Shown piece by piece: positions 38,168 through 45,563 of a stretch of 45,563 nt of DNA (its first letter is position 1; each line of letters begins with the position of its first letter). Under the pieces are notes generated by a model, which was not told the DNA's origin, searched no databases, and saw nothing but the letters and a program-made list of their open reading frames with translations. Made by a program: the position numbers and the translations under genes. This DNA is from Dehalococcoidia bacterium (lineage in GTDB: Bacteria > Chloroflexota > Dehalococcoidia > Lucifugimonadales > UBA3495), in contig JAKUNL010000021.1 in assembly GCA_022451925.1 (NCBI GenBank), forward strand, positions 1 through 45,563. The letters are read 5' to 3'.

Positions 38168-39157
38168 CTAAACTAGCTTCATCTGGAAACCGCTATCTTG
38201 CCGCTGGCTCTTGGTGTTCAGATGCACCGCAGGATAACCCAACTCACGAAGGCGGCCTGACAACTCAGGGAACCCATTCACCGTATAAACATGATTTGGT
38301 GAAACAGCCTGAACATATTCCACCAACTCGTTAAAATCGGGATGATCACTATAAGGCAGACTGGCGTCGGCTGACCTGCCCCAAGGCATACTGCCAGAGG
38401 TCGCCCAGCCGGTCATCTCCAAAGTGCGCTTGCCACGGAATTCTTTCAGGGCTTCACGCCGTTTCCCTGGGGGGAACATCAGGATCCAACCTTCCGGCCA
38501 TATACCTTCAAACAGATTCACCTGGCCGGGAAATTTCACCCCTGATTCCAAATATATCTGGGTTCCCAGATATATACTTTTTTCCACCATAACATCAAAA
38601 CCCTCACCCAACAGATGGTGCAGCAATTCTTGCGATTTGCCCAAGCGCCAGCCCTTGATCACCGGTCGGTACCCTTGAGAAAGCCACATCCTCAATGTGT
38701 TGTAGGCTGTCTCAAGAACTTGTTCTTCAGGAGGGAACACATACTCCGGGCGTCCATAAGTAGACTCAATTACCAATGTGTCGCAATGAACTGCCTCCAG
38801 CGGTTCATTGACCGGGCTTCTGCGGCTCTTGATATCTCCGGTATACAGGAGCCTTTCACCTGTCTCTTTAGATACCACTAACGCCTGAGCCGAACCAAGG
38901 CAGTGTCCAGCTGGATACAGTGTCATGGTGTAAGAAGTGGTCTCATACGGTTCATGATAGGTAAGTAGAATCGGGTCGGATTTTTTAAGGTAATCGCCAA
39001 GCAGATTAGCGGTTTCGCGTGTGAGAACTGGTCGATTATGGCGTGCAGTGTGATCGGAATGGGCATGGGAAATCAGGCTGAATTCACGCTTCCTGGTTGA
39101 ATCCATCCAAAGATCCAAATCAGGCAAATAGACTCCGCTTCTGAACTCTGCCTGCAC
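38168..39157 (-). CDS. MBL-fold beta-CASP nuclease (DNA-ligase-associated exonuclease / SNM1-like)
   Basis: SHAHSDH, AGHCLGS, YTGD, ESTYG, LGKSQ, TGW, YSDH motifs; likely GTG start at 39157 (ORF open to 39190). Confidence 0.85.
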   Translation of the reverse strand: MQAEFRSGVYLPDLDLWMDSTRKREFSLISHAHSDHTARHNRPVLTRETANLLGDYLKKSDPILLTYHEPYETTSYTMTLYPAGHCLGSAQALVVSKETGERLLYTGDIKSRRSPVNEPLEAVHCDTLVIESTYGRPEYVFPPEEQVLETAYNTLRMWLSQGYRPVIKGWRLGKSQELLHHLLGEGFDVMVEKSIYLGTQIYLESGVKFPGQVNLFEGIWPEGWILMFPPGKRREALKEFRGKRTLEMTGWATSGSMPWGRSADASLPYSDHPDFNELVEYVQAVSPNHVYTVNGFPELSGRLRELGYPAVHLNTKSQRQDSGFQMKLV

Positions 39158-39360
39158 TACACACCCCCCATCAGTGATTCTAGTGAACACCCAATAAGAA
39201 TCTCTGAAGACAACTCAGCCGAGTATATCATGGTGTTCTTGGTTTCCAATCCGTCCCACGTGTCACAAATATTGGTGTCTAGTGGTCAATTGTGAGGTAT
39301 AATCTGCGCGCATGGGCTCTATATCTATGACGCTCAAATCTTAATTAAAAGGGTGAGAAT

Positions 39361-39825
39361 ATGCCGGGTCAAGTTGGCGAAGTAGCTCCCGAATTTAAAC
39401 TCCCTTCCGGTGATGGGGATATATCACTAAGTGATTACAGGGGCAAGAAGATAGTTGTCCTATCTTTCCACGTGTTCGATTTCACCGCTGGTTGAACGAC
39501 ACAAGCAACTTCGTTTCGTTCAGAGTACAAACGGTACGAGGATAGTAATGCCCAGGTTCTGGGCATAAGCTGCGATACAGTCCCTTCACACAAAGCATGG
39601 AGCACAGCAATGGGTGGTCTTCCCTACCCTGAATTGTCCGACTTTCACCCTAAGGGTGAAGCGAGTAAGGCTTACGATCTTTACAACGAAGAAAGGGGAG
39701 CTAGCAAGCGGGCCGTTATCATCATTGATAAAGAAGGCGTGGTTCAGTTCCGCGAGGAATATGAACCAGGGACTCTGCCAGACCCGGTTGATATATTTGA
39801 GGTAGTTGACAATCTAAACAAATAA
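39361..39825 (+). CDS. AhpE/AhpC-TSA peroxiredoxin, probable selenoprotein (TxxU)
   Basis: ATG 39361: MPGQVGEVAPEFKLPSGDGDISLSDYRGKKIVVLSFHVFDFTAG-TGA-TTQATSFRSEYKRYEDSNAQVLGISCD... continues in frame into the listed 39610-39825 ORF (SDFHP, SKRAVIIIDKEG). TGA at 39493-39495 is the peroxidatic position; 154 aa. Confidence 0.88.
39509..39541 (+). promoter_or_regulatory. Putative SECIS hairpin of the peroxiredoxin gene
   Basis: CUUCGU/ACGAGG plus CGUU/AACG (or UCGUUU/AAACGG) stem around a CAGAG loop, starting 13-15 nt after UGA. Confidence 0.45.
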
Positions 39826-39857
39826 CCAGTTCAGTAATTCCAGAGGCCCCAGTAAGC

Positions 39858-39888
39858 AAAAGGCGCCCCAAAACATAAGGCGCCTTTT
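39858..39888. terminator. Intrinsic terminator after the peroxiredoxin
   Basis: AAAAGGCGCC...GGCGCCTTTT inverted repeat. Confidence 0.7.
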
Positions 39889-39958
39889 AGTTGCCATTTT
39901 TGAACTCATGATTTATGTAAAGTCATTCACTAGTCATGCGACTGCTCATAATTCAGTA

Positions 39959-39992
39959 AAAACAGCCGCTCCCTAATTGGAGCGGCTGTTTT
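39959..39992. terminator. Intrinsic terminator after greA
   Basis: AAAACAGCCGCTCC/GGAGCGGCTGTTTT perfect repeat. Confidence 0.82.
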
Positions 39993-40022
39993 AAGATCTA
40001 AGCCCCACATCCGATCAGTTAC

Positions 40023-40850
40023 CTAACCAGTTATACGTTGAACCAGATACCGGAGGGTGCCTTTGGGAACATTGATGGTAACTTCCTCACCGACCGTTCG
40101 GTCAAGTAATGCCTGACCAACTGGAGAAGTGGTGGAAATCTTACCTTCCGAGACATCAGCTTCGCGGACGTCAACAAGCGTATAAGCCACAGTTTTACCG
40201 GAGTTGGTATCCTTCAGAGTCACCTTGGCACCGACTGCCGAGCGAGCCACCTTAGATGAAACCCCCTCTGGTAGTATTTGAGCATTGTTAATGCTAGCTT
40301 CCAGCTCACGGATACGGAGTTCAACGATGCCTTGTTGGTCTTTGGCGGCGTCCAAGGGTGCATTTTCACGGAAATCCTTGTCCGCCATGGCCCTTTTAAT
40401 ATCCTCCAAAACCAGGGCTCGCTGATCCTTGAGGTCATCCAATTGGCTGACTAGCCGGTCGTACCCCTCTTGACTCAATTGGCTGCCAGTGGAACCGGCG
40501 CGGGAGTTTGTGCGGGTAGTAGTCTTAGTAGTCGTGGCCGTGCGTCGAGTGCGAGGGACTCTGAGGTGGGATGCCAGTCCGTTTTCAATCCACCCTTGAT
40601 CCTTCCAGTAGGCAAGGAAGACCTTCACAGGGCCTAAACGACTGGCAGATTCGGCTCCACCAAGGCCTATTTGTTGCGCATATTCAGCAACTTCCGACGG
40701 GGCGAGCTCGGAGACTTTACGCTCTCGTCCGCACCAGGCAACAAAACGGCCTAGCTCTTGATGACTCTGCTGACCTGTTTTGGGGGATTTCTTAGCGGCC
40801 ACGAAATGGGTCAGTGCTTCAGAAATTAATGGAATCTGCTCGGTCGTCAC
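40023..40850 (-). CDS. greA: Transcription elongation factor GreA with extra N-terminal domain
   Basis: C-terminal ~150 aa: EGY..L..L, DFRENA..DAAK, RIRELE, ISTTSPVGQALL, VPKG. N-terminal ~100 aa helical domain plus Thr/Arg-rich linker; GGAGG RBS. Confidence 0.9.
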   Translation of the reverse strand: MTTEQIPLISEALTHFVAAKKSPKTGQQSHQELGRFVAWCGRERKVSELAPSEVAEYAQQIGLGGAESASRLGPVKVFLAYWKDQGWIENGLASHLRVPRTRRTATTTKTTTRTNSRAGSTGSQLSQEGYDRLVSQLDDLKDQRALVLEDIKRAMADKDFRENAPLDAAKDQQGIVELRIRELEASINNAQILPEGVSSKVARSAVGAKVTLKDTNSGKTVAYTLVDVREADVSEGKISTTSPVGQALLDRTVGEEVTINVPKGTLRYLVQRITG

Positions 40851-41533
40851 TCAAGTACCTCCACCTTCAGTAAGTCTTCCAGTTAAGTCTTCAGTCGATA
40901 ATCGCTATCGTAAATGCTCGCCATGATGCCATTAGATATGCAGGGATTGGCCGAAGTGCCGAAAATGATTTGAGGATGCATCCGGGGGTCGTAATCAAAG
41001 ACCTTGTCCCCAGACTGTTCACAGGTTACGAATCAAATAGAACCGGGTTAATCGCGCTCCTATGTCCCATTGCGATGATGCGTAAGACACCAAGAAATCA
41101 TAACAGTAACCCAAAGCAAAGGCAATTATAGTTTTTAGATAACGACCATTGATTCATCGTGTAATTGGAGCTAATAGGACCACATCCAAGGCCTGTTCAA
41201 AAACAAATCTACTTCAAATATCTTCTGCCATGATGCCACGCTTGCCACCGTCTAAACGCTAAACCAGCCCCAGACCCATCGAAAAGATTACCTGAAATAC
41301 ACTCTTCTATGTGGTCATATACGCCTCCTAACAACAAATACAAAGCGGCTAGCCATCGATTCTTAATATTTACACTGTGCCAGGCACGAAAATTGGGCCA
41401 CCAGATTTTGACTCCAGGATAGGTAGGATGTAGCATACTGTCGGCTATGTGCATTATGCCTGCCAAGTTACCAGTGCAAGCCCAACATATGGCGGCACAG
41501 TAACGTATCTTACTTGATAGGTAATCGGAATAG

Positions 41534-43807
41534 ATGAGTCCAAATAGACAACCCCCTGCTGGCTCCTCCCTCGCTGGCCCAACGTCTGTACCAGCATTCG
41601 TAAAAGAACTAGACCGTTTGGTTAGCTTGGCCCAGCAGGGCCACAAAGCTGACTCAGCATTTAACAATCCTTCCCAAGAATGGCTAGTTGACCATATGAA
41701 CGTGCTCCAAGACCTTTCAGAGGTGGAGCAGCAAGCTTTCTTGACGGAAGCAGAAATCATAGACAAAGAAGCAGAAGTAGCGAATGCAGCTGGAAGAGCA
41801 GCTAAGCGTGCCTGGCCTGGAGTGGTCATCAGACTAGACACCGGTGGCTACGCATTCTTTAGTCAATTGGGTGTGGTACGCCGACCAGACCTCACAATGT
41901 ACTTCATAGACGGGTTCGCCAAGAACCGCGATGGTGTCGTATTCAGTAGCGAAAACCAGGAGTTATTCACAGAGGTTTTTGCCTACATCAATAAATATAT
42001 GGAAGCAAAACTTGCCGCGGGTGACACAATCGTTCAGTCAGATCGCCAGGTGGCCGATGCACCCGGACGATCATTCCATGCTCGCCAGATGCTATTTGGC
42101 ACCAAATACATGCAGATTCCCATGATGTGGCGGCAGCTTACATTCCCAGGCACTGAAGAGATGAAAGGACAGAAGCCAGACATCCTCGAGGTTTCCTTAC
42201 CTCACTGGATGGAAGACCTGGGATTACCGGAAGAGCTGAAGAAACGACTTACTGACGAAGGATTCACCCAATTGGTCTTCAAAGCCCCCACCCGCGGACT
42301 CTCACTTCACTTAGGCTTTGACTATGTTGGCGAACACAAGATGGGTCCTTTGTCCATCGCCATGTTCCTAGTCAAAGAGAAAAATGGTTTGGCGATACAA
42401 GCAGCCCTGAGCATGGCTAGGGCCAAGACCCTAGCAGGCCAAACCAAGAACACCGCTCTGATTACCGTTGGGCCATCCCTTCACGGAAAGAGCACACTGA
42501 CCATCATGCTGGAATTGGCCAACAGCGAGTTGGCTAAGAAACTTAGCTTGAAGACCGACGCAGATGAAGGCGTCTACCCGATGAACGATGACATTGTCCT
42601 GCTGCAAGAATTAAAAGACCCCATAAAAGTCACTAAGGACGGCAAACAGGCCACTATTTACTACGGCATCGACGGCACAGAAAACAATATGTACGCCATG
42701 CCGTTTGGCCTCAACCACGCAGAAGACCCCATCACGTTTGAGTCAGTTCGAGGGACAGCCCCAGACCCCAACACTGAGGAGACGTTGGAAAACGTGCCGA
42801 TCGACATGTCTTCATACAGGCCCAATTTCATGGAGAACCCTGTGCGCAACATGCGGGTGACCCTCTCCCGTAGTCGACTGGTGACCAGGAAGGGCGCCAA
42901 TGACATCCTCGGGAGGATAACCGGAGGCAGAGAGACTGCCGGCGTTCATGTACCGATGGAAGATACCGACCAAGTATTCTGGCAGGCTGTGATGCGCCAA
43001 AACACAGTTGTGCCGCCGCTCCGTCGACTGTCTGCAAATCAATACATCAGGAGTCTAATGTACGGTGAAGCGGTTCAAATGGGTGCCGCGATTGGTGTGA
43101 TTGGCCAGCCTTATGTTGAGTACTTTTCTGACCCGTTCATCATCGGCCTAGAAGACGAGAACGCCAACAACCTATACCACATCGTCAAGAAGATTGAAGA
43201 AGGTGGACTGGATCAACAGTACTTCGTATTCAACACCGGTGGAGTGGGCGCTGACAGTAATGACGCGGCTACAGGTGACAGATACAAGAAAATCCCACGG
43301 GACCTGACACTGATGCTTCAAGAAGCGTTACTCCGAGACGCTGTAAAATTCGAGTACGAAACTGAATTGGGTTCTGACGCCGCCGTTGCCATAGTCGATG
43401 AAAACGGCAATGAGGTGGTTGACCTGCGCAACGAGTGGCTGCCAAAGAACATCTACGGAGACTCCGATTACGCCCAACGCATCACTGAGTTAAGCCGCCG
43501 GAGGTTCTACGGAGAGAGTTCTGCAGATAAGGCCGGAATCCTCAGGTACACCAAGGTATTAAATAACCTATACGACCTCTCGGATATCCCAATCCCCAAC
43601 AATGAACGTGAGTTAAGCTGGCTACTTTCTTTCTACTGGAATGTGGATCAGCCTTATGACACTCTGTCGGACTTAGAAGCCCACCTCAACGAAGGTACTC
43701 AACCTGATACGGCCGTGTCGCAGAAGCTTGAAGAGATGTTTAGAGCATCTGGGGTCAGAGTACCAAGCAGTGGCCCGGCCCTATCCGCTCTGGGGCTCTC
43801 GTCCTAA
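41534..43807 (+). CDS. Divergent phosphoenolpyruvate carboxykinase (ATP)-like protein
   Basis: 757 aa; YVGEHK (cf. YAGEMKK), GPSLHGKST P-loop, NDD kinase-2, E...YA, ENV, N.R, FNTG and KIP motifs in PEPCK order. Confidence 0.65.
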   Translation: MSPNRQPPAGSSLAGPTSVPAFVKELDRLVSLAQQGHKADSAFNNPSQEWLVDHMNVLQDLSEVEQQAFLTEAEIIDKEAEVANAAGRAAKRAWPGVVIRLDTGGYAFFSQLGVVRRPDLTMYFIDGFAKNRDGVVFSSENQELFTEVFAYINKYMEAKLAAGDTIVQSDRQVADAPGRSFHARQMLFGTKYMQIPMMWRQLTFPGTEEMKGQKPDILEVSLPHWMEDLGLPEELKKRLTDEGFTQLVFKAPTRGLSLHLGFDYVGEHKMGPLSIAMFLVKEKNGLAIQAALSMARAKTLAGQTKNTALITVGPSLHGKSTLTIMLELANSELAKKLSLKTDADEGVYPMNDDIVLLQELKDPIKVTKDGKQATIYYGIDGTENNMYAMPFGLNHAEDPITFESVRGTAPDPNTEETLENVPIDMSSYRPNFMENPVRNMRVTLSRSRLVTRKGANDILGRITGGRETAGVHVPMEDTDQVFWQAVMRQNTVVPPLRRLSANQYIRSLMYGEAVQMGAAIGVIGQPYVEYFSDPFIIGLEDENANNLYHIVKKIEEGGLDQQYFVFNTGGVGADSNDAATGDRYKKIPRDLTLMLQEALLRDAVKFEYETELGSDAAVAIVDENGNEVVDLRNEWLPKNIYGDSDYAQRITELSRRRFYGESSADKAGILRYTKVLNNLYDLSDIPIPNNERELSWLLSFYWNVDQPYDTLSDLEAHLNEGTQPDTAVSQKLEEMFRASGVRVPSSGPALSALGLSS

Positions 43808-43822
43808 CAAACACCGGTTCTA

Positions 43823-43853
43823 AATGGCTGGGCTGTTGACATGCCCAGCCATT
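43823..43853 (+). terminator. Stem-loop after the PEPCK-like gene
   Basis: AATGGCTGGGC/GCCCAGCCATT 11-bp repeat; weak U-tract. Confidence 0.55.
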
Positions 43854-44030
43854 CATACATCTCCCTCTGCTGCCTACACTTGTCTTTTAAATCTTTGGCT
43901 TCGTAGGTCACTGACCGAACCCGCTCTCGTGTTAGCAAGTCAGGTGTATACTAACCGGCATTCGTCAGGCGTCAGGCAATCGTAGAATTAACGCTCAAGT
44001 TCCCCACAGATAAAATCAGGAGGGCTCAAC

Positions 44031-44999
44031 ATGAAAGCAGCACAGATTACTGAATTTGGCGGCCCAGATGTTATGAAATATGTGGACGTAGCCGACCCAA
44101 CTCCCGGAGAGGGAGAAGCGGTAGTAAGAATTGAAGCGGCTGGAGTGAACTTTACCGATGTCTACAGCCGCCAAGGAGTGAACCCCGGACCACCATTGCC
44201 TCGCATCATTGGAGTAGAAGGAGCGGGAGTGGTACAGTCGGTTGGACCAGGCGTAACCGAGGTACAAGTAGGAGACGCAGTCACATATTGCACAGCCCCT
44301 GGAACCTATGCTGAATTGGCAATCGTACCCGCTTGGAGATTAATTAAACGGCCTTCGGGCGTAGATGCCAAAGCTGGAGCTGCGGCTATTCTGCAGGGTA
44401 TGACCGCTCACTATCTCTGCCATTCTACCTACCCTGTGCAAAAAGGCGACAGGGTCATCGTCCACGCCGGAGCCGGTGGAATGGGACTACTCTTAACCCA
44501 GATGATAAAACGTCTAGGCGGGTACGTGTTTTCCACCGTTTCCACTGAGGACAAAGCCGAGCTTTCCAAGGGAGCCGGCGCAGACCACGTGATCCTTTAT
44601 ACCAAACAGGACTTCGCCGAAGAGATCAAGAAGGCCACCGACGGTGAAGGGGTCAACGCGGTTTACGACGGAGTCGGTAAAACCACCTTCAACCAGAGTA
44701 TCGCCAGCCTTGGGCGCCGCGGACACATGGTCCTCTATGGCGCGGCCAGCGGAGCTCCAGACCCAATCAGCCCTAGCATCCTCGGCTCAGGGTCTCTCTC
44801 CCTCACCCGTCCAGGACTTGGTGACTACACCGTCAACAGAGCTGAGTTAGAAAAACGAGCCGGCGATGTGCTGGGCTGGGTGAATTCCGGCGAGCTGAAA
44901 CTCAAAATCAGCGAAGAATTCCCGTTGTCTGACGCCCCAGAAGCGCACCGACGGTTGGAGAGTAGGGCCACCACAGGCAAACTATTGCTTATACCTTGA
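44031..44999 (+). CDS. qor: NADPH:quinone oxidoreductase (zeta-crystallin/MDR family)
   Basis: FGGPDV, GVNFTD, GVEGAG, GTYAE, GMTAHYL, AGAGGMG, YDGVG, G.ASG, TTGKLLL. Confidence 0.92.
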   Translation: MKAAQITEFGGPDVMKYVDVADPTPGEGEAVVRIEAAGVNFTDVYSRQGVNPGPPLPRIIGVEGAGVVQSVGPGVTEVQVGDAVTYCTAPGTYAELAIVPAWRLIKRPSGVDAKAGAAAILQGMTAHYLCHSTYPVQKGDRVIVHAGAGGMGLLLTQMIKRLGGYVFSTVSTEDKAELSKGAGADHVILYTKQDFAEEIKKATDGEGVNAVYDGVGKTTFNQSIASLGRRGHMVLYGAASGAPDPISPSILGSGSLSLTRPGLGDYTVNRAELEKRAGDVLGWVNSGELKLKISEEFPLSDAPEAHRRLESRATTGKLLLIP

Positions 45000-45109
45000 G
45001 AGACTCCTACAAGATAGCTTTAACCCAACGGATGAGCTGCCGTAGGTGCGGTATCCACTGCCTATCTGGTAACCCGTAGGATGGCACTTAAACCATCAGC
45101 TGATAATTA

Positions 45110-45138
45110 TTGACCACCTTACTCGACTTCAATATAAT
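45110..45138 (+). promoter_or_regulatory. Sigma70-type promoter
   Basis: TTGACC-N17-TATAAT upstream of an AGGAG RBS and the 45170 ATG. Confidence 0.75.
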
Positions 45139-45169
45139 CGTTTCAGTCCATTCCCGTTAGGAGATAATC

Positions 45170-45475
45170 ATGACCGAGGCCGTAAACACAGAAGCGATCT
45201 ACGAAGCTTTAAAAACTGTGTATGATCCGGAAATACCGGTAAACATCGTAGACCTCGGCTTGGTCTACGATGTCCAGGTAAAAGACTCGGACGTCTACGT
45301 CCAAATGACCCTCACCTTCCCCGGCTGCGGCATGGGACCGTACATCGGACAACAGGCTGAATGGGCAGTACAAGAGTTGGACGGGGTCGAAGAAGTCGAG
45401 ATCGAGATGGTGTTCGACCCGCCCTGGTCGCCTGAGTTGATCAGCGAAGAAGCCCGTTCCCAATTGGGCATATAA
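45170..45475 (+). CDS. DUF59/SufT-like Fe-S cluster assembly protein
   Basis: V.DPEIPVNIVDLGLVY, MTLTFPGC, FDPPW motifs. Confidence 0.92.
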   Translation: MTEAVNTEAIYEALKTVYDPEIPVNIVDLGLVYDVQVKDSDVYVQMTLTFPGCGMGPYIGQQAEWAVQELDGVEEVEIEMVFDPPWSPELISEEARSQLGI

Positions 45476-45563
45476 GCCGTCGAATATCTAAAATATCTCC
45501 AGCTTCTAATCTAGATATTCGACTTAGAACTTGGATGTGACCCAACACCACGAATCACTTAAC

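Noticed and set aside
41209-41841. 210-aa minus-strand ORF
   Set aside because: About half overlaps the PEPCK-like gene antisense and it has no recognisable motifs.
1-45563. Genome-wide UGA reassignment (genetic code 4 or 25)
   Set aside because: hisF, lipA, ilvN and qor end at TGA at their expected lengths and Trp is encoded by TGG; in-frame TGA was seen only at two catalytic Cys positions.
1-45563. CRISPR array, IS element, prophage or selA/selB/selC/selD genes
   Set aside because: No regularly spaced repeats, transposase or integrase catalytic domains, or Sec-machinery genes seen in this window.

Overview
Chromosomal, mostly housekeeping window (no mobile element, rRNA, tRNA or CRISPR array recognised) from a bacterium that looks like Chloroflexota/Dehalococcoidia, possibly SAR202-like (inferred from gene content, a T-box leader and the long GreA; not proven). 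It carries hisS, hisF, hisIE, mgtE, argS, a heterodimeric ABC exporter, rpiB, otsB, tyrA-aroA-gmk-lipA, metG plus a polyprenyl synthase, a T-box-controlled ilvB-ilvN-ilvC-leuA cluster, a family III CoA transferase, a beta-CASP nuclease, greA, a divergent PEP carboxykinase-like gene, a quinone oxidoreductase and a DUF59/SufT protein. The main hidden signal is two thioredoxin-fold genes that the ORF track truncates because an in-frame TGA sits exactly at the catalytic Cys: a DsbA/FrnE-like protein (UPWC, 15122-15778, -) and an AhpE-like peroxiredoxin (TAGU, 39361-39825, +). Each TGA is followed by a SECIS-like hairpin, so both are probable selenoproteins. Other leads are a possible leader-peptide/RNA switch before leuA, an integrase-like N-terminal domain on GreA, a signal-less NMT1/THI5-type protein, a cyclase with a degenerate metal motif and a small ORF with a possible LexA box.
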